Under the pieces are notes generated by a model. That model did no database searches. It had not been told where the DNA came from and saw only the letters and a program-made list of their open reading frames with translations. The position numbers and the translations under genes are program-made. A DNA stretch of 52,538 nucleotides from Actinomycetota bacterium (GTDB lineage Bacteria; Actinomycetota; Acidimicrobiia; Acidimicrobiales; Ilumatobacteraceae), in the NCBI GenBank assembly GCA_005793215.1, contig SXPV01000071.1:1-52538 (forward strand). The letters run 5' to 3'. Shown here one piece after another: positions 19,586 through 28,239 of the stretch. The first letter of the stretch is position 1; the number at the start of each line of letters is the position of its first letter.

Positions 19586-20302
19586 TCAGCCCTGAGTGAT
19601 GGCGTCCATCGAGGCACGAACCGTCATCACGTACATGTCGCCGTCGGTGGAGGCCGACATGGAGTTGGCCAATGATTCCACGTCGGTCGTCGAAGCCACC
19701 GGAACGAACTGAACGGTGTCCCACAGGCGGCCGTCGCCAATGATGGTTCCTTCGGCTGCAAGGTTGGTTGCACCCGGCAGGGCGTCGAATGTTGTAGCAC
19801 GATTTGCAGTTTGGCGAACCACCATTGCAACGAGCCGATCGTCGTCAGCCTTCGGTCGACCACGTGCATCGAGCGAGGCATCTTGCGGACGACAACACAC
19901 GATGATGGTGCGTTGCATCCCCGCGGCCTTGTGGACGTGTTTTTCGCCGAAGTCCTTGCGTGTCTGCATGTCGATGAAGGACTTACGAGTGGCGTAACGA
20001 ACGATGGCGATGCGATCCCAATCTTCGGAGCCAACGTGGTTGCCCACCACATCGCCGACAAACACGATGGTGGCACCGATCTTGGCCAGGATGGAAGTTG
20101 GGTTGTACCGATCGTCTGCCTCGCGCCCGCTGATGGGTTTGTCGACACCTGCATCGTCGGTGTATTGGGCGACTTCGTGGTACTTCATGAGGTTCACCAT
20201 GTAGATGGGGCCGTCGTCCTCGGGCGCACGCGTTGCGAGTGCCATCGCGTAGTCCTTGTCAATGCGTCCGTATTTGTGCTTCAGTCGCGGTGCGTCGTCC
20301 AT
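19586..20302 (-). CDS. DUF1330-like domain protein, possibly two tandem domains
   Basis: 238 aa. GPIYMVNLMKYHE..WDRIAIVRYATRKSFIDMQTRKDFGEKHVHKAAGMQRTIIV resembles the dimeric alpha-beta-barrel DUF1330 pattern. The C-terminal half looks like a degenerate second copy. Confidence 0.45.
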   Translation of the reverse strand: MDDAPRLKHKYGRIDKDYAMALATRAPEDDGPIYMVNLMKYHEVAQYTDDAGVDKPISGREADDRYNPTSILAKIGATIVFVGDVVGNHVGSEDWDRIAIVRYATRKSFIDMQTRKDFGEKHVHKAAGMQRTIIVCCRPQDASLDARGRPKADDDRLVAMVVRQTANRATTFDALPGATNLAAEGTIIGDGRLWDTVQFVPVASTTDVESLANSMSASTDGDMYVMTVRASMDAITQG

Positions 20303-20352
20303 GGGGTGCCTTCCTCTGCGGCGAGCGTAGTTGGTGACTCACTCACGCCTGT

Positions 20353-20374
20353 TAGTGAAGGAACTCCGTTACTA
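20353..20374. promoter_or_regulatory. Imperfect 10-2-10 palindrome (TAGTGAAGGA ac TCCGTTACTA), candidate operator upstream of the alpha/beta hydrolase gene
   Basis: Read directly from the sequence. 8 of 10 positions are symmetric. It lies 11-32 nt upstream of ATG 20385 in the divergent intergenic region. Confidence 0.3.
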
Positions 20375-20384
20375 GGGTTTAGCC

Positions 20385-21227
20385 ATGGTCAATGTTTTCC
20401 AGCGGCCCTTGTCGGCCGCCGAGCGCGTGATCACCACCGACGACGGAACCCGATTGAGCACCGTCGCGATGGGGTCCGGAACTCCTGTCGTGCTTGCTCA
20501 CGGCTTTGCCGTCGACATGCACGAGTGGAACGTGATTGCGGAGGATCTGGTTCGTTGCGGCTTCAAGGTGATTGCTTTTGATCAGCGTGGGCATGGGCGA
20601 AGTGACATCGGAAGTCAGGGAGTCGGCTCTCGCCAAATGGTGGATGACTATCTGGCAGTACTCCGTGGCTATGACGTGACGGGTGGGATTTTGGTCGGCC
20701 ACAGTATGGGTGGATTTCTTGCAATCCGTGCCCTCGTTGAGCAACCAACGGCGATGGCTCGGCACCTTCGCGGGTGTGTCTTGATGGCAACATTTGCAGG
20801 CGATGTGAATCGAAAAAACCTGCAGAATCGCGTCCAGATTCCCATGATTCAGTCGGGCTTGATGGGCAAGATGATTCGCAGCGATGCAACGGCGGCGTTC
20901 TTTGCAAAGTCGGTCATGGGGGACGAAAAGCACCCGCAGATGATGGATGCATTCATCGACACCTTCCGACGAACTGACTTGCAGCAATTGGTACCTATTT
21001 TGACTGCGTTCGTGAAGGAGGATCGCTACGGAGAACTTGGCAACATCTCGTTGCCGTGCCGCATCGTGGTGGGAGAAAAAGACAAGACCACTCCGCCCTT
21101 CCATACTGACTGGCTCCACAAGGGAATCAAAGGCTCTACGTTGAGGCGGATTCCAGGCAAGGGACATATGTTGAACTGGGAAGCGCCAGAGATTCTCGTA
21201 GAAGAAATCGTCGCTCTCACAAAGTGA
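20385..21227 (+). CDS. Alpha/beta hydrolase fold protein
   Basis: VVLAHGFAVD, FDQRGHGRS, nucleophile elbow GHSMGG, C-terminal GKGHMLNWE. Confidence 0.85.
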   Translation: MVNVFQRPLSAAERVITTDDGTRLSTVAMGSGTPVVLAHGFAVDMHEWNVIAEDLVRCGFKVIAFDQRGHGRSDIGSQGVGSRQMVDDYLAVLRGYDVTGGILVGHSMGGFLAIRALVEQPTAMARHLRGCVLMATFAGDVNRKNLQNRVQIPMIQSGLMGKMIRSDATAAFFAKSVMGDEKHPQMMDAFIDTFRRTDLQQLVPILTAFVKEDRYGELGNISLPCRIVVGEKDKTTPPFHTDWLHKGIKGSTLRRIPGKGHMLNWEAPEILVEEIVALTK

Positions 21228-21236
21228 CGGTCACCA

Positions 21237-21313
21237 GCTCCCGTAGCTCAGTTGGATAGAGCGACGGTTTCCTAAACCGTAGGCCGCAAGTTCGATTCTT
21301 GCCGGGAGCGCCA
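21237..21313 (+). tRNA. tRNA-Arg, anticodon CCT, with encoded CCA end
   Basis: Folded manually. Acceptor gctcccg/cgggagc, D arm gctc-agttggata-gagc, anticodon arm acggt-ttCCTaa-accgt, variable loop aggcc, T arm gcaag-ttcgatt-cttgc, discriminator g, CCA at 21311-21313. Confidence 0.9.
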
Positions 21314-21375
21314 AAGACCCTTCAGTCGCGGGAGTAACGAGTGAGGCCCGCAGCAATCTGACGTGACTGCAGATT

Positions 21376-22122
21376 TCAGGCAGAGTTCAGCGCATCGGCG
21401 AAGGCGCGCAGCGTGGGGAACTCCCAGTGTGGTGTGACTGGTGCCGCCGCAGGTGTGGCACCTGCCGACTTTGCTGCTGCGCGCTTGGCCCCGTAGCGAT
21501 TGATCCACACGGTCTTCAACCCCACGGCCTGGGCGGGCACGTGATCGTGAAAGAGGCTCTGGGCAACATGCAGGTGTTGATTGGGTGCGATTCCCATGTC
21601 GCGAACGTGCTGCTGTAGCACGTGAAAGTTGTGGAGATCGGGTTTGTACGAGCCGATGTCTTGTGCGGTGAGTATCGCGTCAAACGTGATTCCGAGTTTG
21701 GTATTTGATCCCGCGAAGCTCTGATTGTCCACGTTGGAGAGAATCACCAGCTTGCACTGGCGTTGTAGGTCGAGCAATGCCTCGTGACTATCGGCGAACG
21801 CCGGCCACTCGGGTACGGACGATGCGAATGCTCGTGCGTCGAGTTCGCACTGGTCCCTGTCACTCAACGGGTCGGGCAGGCCCATGCTCGTTGCCATGCG
21901 TCGCCATGTTTCCGCAAGTATCACCGGATAGGTCCACGTGGGATTTGCGTCCTGTACGTGGGTCTCATGCGAGGCGAACAAGGCGAGAATGTCTGCCTCC
22001 GTTGGATGCATACCGTGTGGTGCTGCGAGGCGAGACACCGTCTCGGTGATGCCGAACTCCCAGTCGATGAGCGTTCCGTAGCAGTCGAAACTGAGTAGTC
22101 GTGCGTCAGAGAGGTTCATCAC
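21376..22122 (-). CDS. Haloacid dehalogenase type II / HAD superfamily hydrolase
   Basis: N-terminal nucleophile motif LLSFDCYGTLIDWE, LSNVDN, YKPD, later HVAQSLFHD. Confidence 0.8.
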   Translation of the reverse strand: MMNLSDARLLSFDCYGTLIDWEFGITETVSRLAAPHGMHPTEADILALFASHETHVQDANPTWTYPVILAETWRRMATSMGLPDPLSDRDQCELDARAFASSVPEWPAFADSHEALLDLQRQCKLVILSNVDNQSFAGSNTKLGITFDAILTAQDIGSYKPDLHNFHVLQQHVRDMGIAPNQHLHVAQSLFHDHVPAQAVGLKTVWINRYGAKRAAAKSAGATPAAAPVTPHWEFPTLRAFADALNSA

Positions 22123-22137
22123 TCGGTACGTGTGGCC

Positions 22138-22578
22138 CTAAGAGTTCCAGTTTTTCGATTTCCAGGCAAGGAGCGCACTCTCGACTTCGTCAAAGGACCG
22201 TGCCAACACGTTCAACGAGCACTGCATCATCAGGTTCACTACCTCGAGTTGTGCCGGGAATCGTGCCCGCCAGTCGGTGAACAATCCGATGCCGTACTTT
22301 CCCGACGCGAATGCATAACCGAGTTCCCACGCCGTGCCATCGTCGGTAGTGATGCCGTTCAGATTCGCAACGATCACATCACAGCGGTCGATCGCACCTT
22401 TGTCGTTGTCGAAGATGAGTCGAACGTTGTGTTCGGTCTTCGGGGGATTGTCGCGGTGCGGGAGGAACGTGTCGAATCCCAGAGCGGCCACCCGAGCCTC
22501 GAGGGCTTCGATGAACCAACGTTCGCCTTCATCGAACAGGGGACCGGCGATATAGGCATATGGCTGTTGTTCACTCAC
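22138..22578 (-). CDS. Nucleoside 2-deoxyribosyltransferase-like (NDT / Rcl-DNPH1-like) protein
   Basis: 146 aa. YIAGPLF near the N-terminus and DDGTAWELGYA (conserved Glu context of the family). Directly upstream of the HAD gene on the same strand. Confidence 0.7.
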   Translation of the reverse strand: MSEQQPYAYIAGPLFDEGERWFIEALEARVAALGFDTFLPHRDNPPKTEHNVRLIFDNDKGAIDRCDVIVANLNGITTDDGTAWELGYAFASGKYGIGLFTDWRARFPAQLEVVNLMMQCSLNVLARSFDEVESALLAWKSKNWNS

Positions 22579-22617
22579 CAGAGTGAGACTAGAACGAGTT
22601 GTGAGGGTTGCATCTCA

Positions 22618-23064
22618 TTAGCGCTTGCATCGAGCGCAGAGACCGAGTGCATCCAGGCGGTGCCCCGACACGGTGAACTTGGCCGATCGTGCGGCCCGAG
22701 CAAGTGCGGCATCCAGTGCGTGCTCCGTATCAGAAGTTACGACAAAGTCATCGATCGCGCCGCAGCGCACACAAATGAGGTGGTGGTGATGGCCGATAAA
22801 TTCCTCGGTGAGTTCGTATCGTGCATGATCATCGTTTCCCGAGACCTTGTGGATGATCTTCATCTCCTCCAAATCGGCAAGGTTTCGATACATCGAACTT
22901 TGCGTCAGTCGAGATCCACGCTTCAGAAGTTCCGGAACGGTTGCAGGGCGCCCGAACTGCAGGAGCAGGTCGACCAACTGACGTCGGCCAGCGGTATACA
23001 CCAGACCGGACTTTCGCAGTCGTTGAGACACCTGGTCGTGCACCGACTCGCTGTGTGCCTCCAT
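22618..23064 (-). CDS. Fur family transcriptional regulator (Fur/Zur/PerR subtype not resolved)
   Basis: 148 aa from ATG 23064. Winged-helix region LTQSSMYRNLADLEEMKII, then HHHHLICVRCG and a C-terminal CARCK metal-site pair. The track extension to 23343 is antisense to the neighbouring gene. Confidence 0.85.
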   Translation of the reverse strand: MEAHSESVHDQVSQRLRKSGLVYTAGRRQLVDLLLQFGRPATVPELLKRGSRLTQSSMYRNLADLEEMKIIHKVSGNDDHARYELTEEFIGHHHHLICVRCGAIDDFVVTSDTEHALDAALARAARSAKFTVSGHRLDALGLCARCKR

Positions 23065-23121
23065 TGTGACGAGCGTACCTAAGTAGATGTTGTGCGTCTC
23101 TCGTCCCCTAGGGTCGCAGCC

Positions 23122-24600
23122 ATGAGAGTCCTCGTCACCGGCGCAACTGGATACGTGGGTGGTCGCCTCGCGCCGCTGTTGGTGGAAGAAGGCTTCAATG
23201 TGCGTGTGTTGGTGCGATCGGCAGCGAAAGTTGCAAATACACCGTGGTTCGGTCAAGTCGAAGTCGTAGAGGGCGATGCGATGAGTGCTGCATCGTTGGG
23301 CCAGGCACTTACCGGCGTTGATGTGGCGTTCTACTTGCTGCACTCCATCAGCACCGGAGCGAAATTCGACGATCTCGAGTCGGCGATGGCCCGCACATTT
23401 GCCGAGGCTGCATCACGGGCAGGCGTGAAGCGCATCGTGTACCTCGGTGGCATCGCCAACGACGAAAATCTCAGCAAGCACCTGGAGTCGCGTCGCTCGG
23501 TCGGCAAGGTCTTGGCAAGCACCGGGGTGCCGGTGATCGAGCTACGCGCCGGAATCATCATCGGCAGTGGCTCGGCATCGTTCGAGATGCTTCGGTACCT
23601 CACGGAGCATCTCCCTGCGATGGTGACTCCTCGTTGGGTGGACAATCCAACGCAACCCATCGCGATAGTCAACATGCTTCACTTCTTGGTGGCTGCGGCT
23701 CGTGCACCCGAACACGTGCGTGGCGTATTCGACGTTGGCGGGGCAGAAACGCTGACGTATCGCAACATGATGGCTCGCTATGCAAAAGCAGCAGGGTTGC
23801 GACGACGAATCGTTGTACGTGTGCCTCTACTTACACCCCGAGTATCGAGTATGTGGGTGGGTCTCGTCACTCCAGTGCCCGCGTCGATTGCGCGGCCACT
23901 CATCGACTCGCTCATCAACAAAGTGGTGGTAGACCCTGCAAAGTCGGTGCTCAACGTACTTCCGCCACCTCCGGGTGGACTGCTCACGTTCGATCAAGCG
24001 GTGAAGCGCGCAATCGAACGGACGAATGCACCTACGCGGTGGACGGATGCATCGCGACCGTGGGTGGCATGGGACGTCGCAGTGACCGATCCAGCGTGGA
24101 CGGGTGGAACGCTGTTCGTCGATGAGCGAGAGCAGACCACTCCCGCATCGAAGGAACAGGTATGGAGCGTGCTCTCGTCATTGGGCGGCACCACTGGTTG
24201 GTATGGCTTCGAGTGGCTGTGGGCGTTGCGCGGACGAATCGACTCGGTGTTCGGTGGTGTGGGTATGCGCCGCGGGCGACGCGATCAGCACGTCTTGCGC
24301 GTGGGCGATCCACTCGACTTCTGGCGTATCGCTGATGTGAAGGACGGTGAAACATTGCTGTTGCGTGCCGAGATGCGTCTGCCCGGTCAAGCCTGGTTGG
24401 AGTTCCGATTGAGCGATGCACGGAGCAGTGGCGACAGCGGCACGGGCAACAATGTCGTCGGTACTCATGTGGTGCAACGCGCAATCTTCCGCCCGCGCGG
24501 TTTGGCGGGACGCCTGTACTGGTGGGTGCTCATCCCGTTCCACGCAATCATCTTTCCGGGGATGTTGCGCAACGCATTGGCACAGGCTGAGCGGCATTGA
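23122..24600 (+). CDS. NAD(P)-binding (NmrA/atypical SDR-like) domain fused to a DUF2867-like C-terminal domain
   Basis: MRVLVTGATGYVGGRL Rossmann start at ATG 23122. C-terminal half (WYGFEWLWALRGRIDSVFGGVGMRRGRR) resembles DUF2867. Confidence 0.7.
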   Translation: MRVLVTGATGYVGGRLAPLLVEEGFNVRVLVRSAAKVANTPWFGQVEVVEGDAMSAASLGQALTGVDVAFYLLHSISTGAKFDDLESAMARTFAEAASRAGVKRIVYLGGIANDENLSKHLESRRSVGKVLASTGVPVIELRAGIIIGSGSASFEMLRYLTEHLPAMVTPRWVDNPTQPIAIVNMLHFLVAAARAPEHVRGVFDVGGAETLTYRNMMARYAKAAGLRRRIVVRVPLLTPRVSSMWVGLVTPVPASIARPLIDSLINKVVVDPAKSVLNVLPPPPGGLLTFDQAVKRAIERTNAPTRWTDASRPWVAWDVAVTDPAWTGGTLFVDEREQTTPASKEQVWSVLSSLGGTTGWYGFEWLWALRGRIDSVFGGVGMRRGRRDQHVLRVGDPLDFWRIADVKDGETLLLRAEMRLPGQAWLEFRLSDARSSGDSGTGNNVVGTHVVQRAIFRPRGLAGRLYWWVLIPFHAIIFPGMLRNALAQAERH

Positions 24601-24665
24601 GGTCGGAAATCCAGACAGGTACCCAATTGTGCACCATCACGCTCGTGACCTGACAGACTTGGCTC

Positions 24666-25154
24666 GTGCCACAACTTGAGGGCAACTACATTCCCAGCAC
24701 CATGCAGTGGGTGCGAGATCAGGTGGATACCTATGAGCGAACCGGTGGTCGTGAGGCAGGCACACTGCGTGAAACGGGAATTCCAGTCATCATCGTGTCG
24801 ATGCGTGGAGCAACATCCGGAAGCATTCGCAAGATCGCTTTAATGCGCGTGGAACATGGGGGTGAGTATGCGCTCGTTGCGTCGTACGGCGGTGCACCGC
24901 AACATCCCGCGTGGTACCACAACTTGGTGGCCCACCCAACGGAAGTCACCGTGCAGGACGGTCCTGAACCATTCTTCGTTCACGTGCGTTTGGTGGAAGG
25001 CGCAGAGTACGACACGTGGTGGCAGAGAAGTGTGGCGGTGTTTCCGCCGTACGCGCAATACAAGGAAAAGACGTCTCGTCGCATACCTCTCTTCGTTGCG
25101 TCCAGGGTGACTGTCGAGCACCACCACGGTGGCACGGTTCGCGCCCAAGGATGA
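24666..25154 (+). CDS. Deazaflavin (F420H2)-dependent nitroreductase family protein (Ddn / DUF385-like)
   Basis: 162 aa. PVIIVSMRGATSGSIRKIALM..YALVASYGGAPQHPAWYHNLVAHP is the family pattern. Confidence 0.75.
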   Translation: MPQLEGNYIPSTMQWVRDQVDTYERTGGREAGTLRETGIPVIIVSMRGATSGSIRKIALMRVEHGGEYALVASYGGAPQHPAWYHNLVAHPTEVTVQDGPEPFFVHVRLVEGAEYDTWWQRSVAVFPPYAQYKEKTSRRIPLFVASRVTVEHHHGGTVRAQG

Positions 25155-25158
25155 CCTC

Positions 25159-25506
25159 GTGAACCTGCTCGGACGCTGGATCGTTCTGACGGTTGCGGTG
25201 TGGTTGTCGGATGTGTTGATTGGTGGCATCAGCATTGCTGATGGAGTGTGGAATCACCTCTGGGTTGCGGCGCTCTTTGGACTTGCGAATGCCATCGTTG
25301 GCAACATCATTCGCCTCGTGGCATTCCCCGCACTCATCTTGACCTTGGGAGTCTTCAGCATCGTCGTGAACGCGTGGATGCTCATGTGGGTTGGCGATCT
25401 CAGCGACGCACTTGATGTTTCTGGTTTCTGGCCCGCATTCGGTGCAGGTGTGATAATCAGTCTCGTATCGGCGATTCTCGGTCGACGGATTCGCGGTCGC
25501 GACTAG
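25159..25506 (+). CDS. Small 4-TM membrane protein (phage holin superfamily IV-like, PF04020-type)
   Basis: LLGRWIVLTVAVWLSDVLIGGISI..NAIVGNIIRLVAFPALILTLGVFSIVVNAWML. Start set at GTG 25159, just after the upstream stop; the track maximum is 25129. Confidence 0.55.
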   Translation: MNLLGRWIVLTVAVWLSDVLIGGISIADGVWNHLWVAALFGLANAIVGNIIRLVAFPALILTLGVFSIVVNAWMLMWVGDLSDALDVSGFWPAFGAGVIISLVSAILGRRIRGRD

Positions 25507-25516
25507 CTAGTCGCGG

Positions 25517-27001
25517 TCAACCGCGCGCGTCACTCATTTGAGATTCGGTTGGTTGCTTGAATATTGCCACCATGGCAATGCCAGCTGCCAGATAGATGAA
25601 GGCGTTCATCAGCCACGCACCATGTATCTCCGCCTTTGAAACATCGAGCACCGACGCGCCCGAGCCTCGAGCTGTTTCGATCCTCGCGAGGGCCGGAGCA
25701 GCAATGGCAAGCGACAGCGCAGCACCAAGTGCCGTGCCCACCTGCCGAAAGGTGTTGTTGAGTGCCGAACCCATCGCAAACTGCGTTGGCTTCAGGAATG
25801 CAGTGGCAGAACTCGACAGTGTCGAGATGCTCAGGCCTACGCCAACTCCGGTGATGAGCATCCACGGCAGATATCTCGTGAGATAGGCGGGGCTGTCGGG
25901 GATGGTGGCGTTCAACCCGAACGTACCGATTGCGAGCAGGAGCGCACCGATGAAGAGAACGCGGGAATGTCCGAGTCGATTGGCATACCGACCAGCAAAC
26001 GGAGCAACGAACGCCGCACTTGCCGGACCAGGCATGGTTGCCAAGCCCGATAGCGATACGCCGTATCCCCACACGGCTTGCAACCAGAACGTGTTGAGTA
26101 GCCACATGCCGATGAATCCCATGCTGAACAACACGCCAGCGATGTTCGCAGCCAGCACGAAACGCAGTCGGAACAGTTTCAGGTCGAGAATCGGAAACGC
26201 AGCGCGATGACACCGCAGCCCAAACGCGACGCACAACAGGAGGCCGGTGGCCAATGCGCCGAGCGTGCCTCGGTCGATCCACCCCCACACTTCGCTCTGA
26301 GAAATCCCCAAGACCACCAATGCAACGCCCGAGAAACCAAGTGCGGCACTCGGGTAGTCGACTTTGCGCTGTGCGTTGGGATCCTTGGACTCGCGCAGGA
26401 TCTTCTGCCCGAGCACGACGGTGAGCAATGTGAATGGGATGTTGACGAAGAACAATGATCGCCATCCAAGAGCTTCCACAAGAAGCCCTCCGATTGATGG
26501 CCCGAGCGCGGAGGCAAGTCCACCGGTGGCCCCCCAGATGGCTATGGCTTGTGTCCGCTTCTCCACCGGAAACTCCGGCAGCACGAGCGCCAGAGAAGCC
26601 GGCGACAATTGTGCGCCGCCGAAGGCTTGTACCACGCGTGCCAACACCAGGAACCACGTGGTTGGAGCGAGGCCACACAACAGCGAACCAAAACTGAACC
26701 ACAACACACCACGTAGAAAACTTCGCTTACGACCGAACACATCCGCGAATCGTCCCGCCGTGAGCAATGCTGCTGCATAGGCGATTGCATACGCCGAAAA
26801 CACCCACGTAAGCAAACTTCCACCACCGAGATCTTCTTCGATGGTGCGCTTTGCCACCACCACGATTGATAGGTCGAGCGATACGAGGAACACTGCGATG
26901 GACGTGAGCGCCAACACGCGGTACGCATGCTTCATTGATGGTGCAGATGAAGGTGGGGGTGACGACGCAGATGCTGTGATACGAGCGAGGCTAATCATCA
27001 T
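25517..27001 (-). CDS. MFS transporter, DHA2 (EmrB/QacA, 14-TM) type
   Basis: 494 aa. SLDLSIVVVA, GRFADVFGRKR, many TM segments. The start could instead be ATG 26935 (MKHAYRV). Confidence 0.85.
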   Translation of the reverse strand: MMISLARITASASSPPPSSAPSMKHAYRVLALTSIAVFLVSLDLSIVVVAKRTIEEDLGGGSLLTWVFSAYAIAYAAALLTAGRFADVFGRKRSFLRGVLWFSFGSLLCGLAPTTWFLVLARVVQAFGGAQLSPASLALVLPEFPVEKRTQAIAIWGATGGLASALGPSIGGLLVEALGWRSLFFVNIPFTLLTVVLGQKILRESKDPNAQRKVDYPSAALGFSGVALVVLGISQSEVWGWIDRGTLGALATGLLLCVAFGLRCHRAAFPILDLKLFRLRFVLAANIAGVLFSMGFIGMWLLNTFWLQAVWGYGVSLSGLATMPGPASAAFVAPFAGRYANRLGHSRVLFIGALLLAIGTFGLNATIPDSPAYLTRYLPWMLITGVGVGLSISTLSSSATAFLKPTQFAMGSALNNTFRQVGTALGAALSLAIAAPALARIETARGSGASVLDVSKAEIHGAWLMNAFIYLAAGIAMVAIFKQPTESQMSDARG

Positions 27002-27017
27002 CTAGCCTCATCCCATC

Positions 27018-27632
27018 ATGGGAGAAGTACAGCGCCATCCCGAACGTGGTAATTCCGAGCAGGAAGTGATTCGAGGAATTCTGGCTGAAGGCTTGGTCGC
27101 ACATGTTGGCATCATCGATGCACAGGGTGCACCAGTGGTCATTCCCATGGCGTATGCGCTCGATGGCGACAGCATTTTGATTCACGGATCGGTCGCCAGT
27201 CGATTGATGCGCACTGGAGGGCCAATTTGCATCACGGTCACATTGTTGGATGGACTTGTGGTTGCGCGATCGCTGTTCAACTCGTCAATGAACTATCGGA
27301 GCGTGGTCGTCACCGGTATTCCTGATGTGTTGGAGGGCGAGGAACGCGAGCGGGCACTCCTGGTGTTGAGCGACTTTCTCCTGCCGGGTCGGGTGGGTCA
27401 CGCACGCGAACCAAATCGACCAGAAATTCGACAAACCACGGTGTGGCGGCTCTCGCTCGTCGGGGCATCGGCAAAGATTCGTACGGGTCCACCCAAGGAA
27501 GACCCACCAAGCGACTACGAGCTGCCGTATTGGGGTGGAGTAGTGCCCGTACGAACGGTGTTCGGTCCAGCCGAATCGGATGGTGCTGGAGTCGACATTC
27601 CGCTGCCCGACCACATTCGACGTCTCAGCTGA
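27018..27632 (+). CDS. Pyridoxamine 5'-phosphate oxidase-like flavin/deazaflavin-binding split-barrel protein
   Basis: 204 aa. HPERGNSEQEVIRGILAEGLVAHVG..PVVIPMAYALDGDSILIHGS matches the PNPOx-family pattern as I remember it. Confidence 0.7.
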   Translation: MGEVQRHPERGNSEQEVIRGILAEGLVAHVGIIDAQGAPVVIPMAYALDGDSILIHGSVASRLMRTGGPICITVTLLDGLVVARSLFNSSMNYRSVVVTGIPDVLEGEERERALLVLSDFLLPGRVGHAREPNRPEIRQTTVWRLSLVGASAKIRTGPPKEDPPSDYELPYWGGVVPVRTVFGPAESDGAGVDIPLPDHIRRLS

Positions 27633-27680
27633 ACGCGGTGGTGCATTGAACTGATGCGACCAGGCGTCGCAGAGTGGGGT

Positions 27681-28049
27681 TTAGTTGGACAGTGCTTCGA
27701 TGTAATCGACGATGTCGGAGATCTGTTCGTCGGTGAGATTGTTGTACGGCATCACGACTGAGTAACCGACACGCTTTTTCATATCGGGATATTTGATCGA
27801 TTCGATGAGGTACTCGCGGTCAACGACTCCGGACCCACCACCCTTGAAGGCAACGGACTGACCGATGATGCCTTGCCACGTTGGGCCCGTTCCGCCACCG
27901 AAGTCGGAACCATGACACGACGCACAGCCGGATTGCTGGGACAGCTGCAGGCCGCGCTCGGCCGACGGCGACAAGTCGACGGCGAGCGGTTGTGCTGAAG
28001 CGCAACCAACCAGCGCCATTGCGAGTGCGCCGAGAAACAACTTTCGCAT
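27681..28049 (-). CDS. Class I c-type cytochrome, lipoprotein
   Basis: Lipobox LVGCAS after signal peptide MRKLFLGALAMA, haem-binding CASCHG, distal Met context VVMPYNNL. Start at ATG 28049; the track maximum is 28082. Confidence 0.8.
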   Translation of the reverse strand: MRKLFLGALAMALVGCASAQPLAVDLSPSAERGLQLSQQSGCASCHGSDFGGGTGPTWQGIIGQSVAFKGGGSGVVDREYLIESIKYPDMKKRVGYSVVMPYNNLTDEQISDIVDYIEALSN

Positions 28050-28239
28050 GTTGTTCAGGTTACTTGTTACGTCGGGGACCACCGTACGCCGGCATTGGAG
28101 TGGCAGTGAGAACGCGACATTGAAAATCGGAGTAAGTCAGGCGTATCAAACATTGCGAGGACAACCGTCACTTGCTGCGCGCACCAGGAGTTCCTACGGT
28201 GGGACCGAGCGCACGAGCGCTTCAAGAGACGGAGGGGTC

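Noticed and set aside
21237-22600. tRNA-Arg as an integration site for a genomic island
   Set aside because: No integrase, recombinase or other mobility gene is nearby. I saw no direct repeat of the tRNA 3' end downstream, though that was an eye scan only and a computational repeat search would be needed to be sure.
27655-27671. Small hairpin (tgcgac caggc gtcgca) between the convergent PNPOx-like and cytochrome c genes, as a bidirectional terminator
   Set aside because: The stem is only 6 bp and has no flanking T or A tracts. It is too weak to call as a terminator without transcript data.
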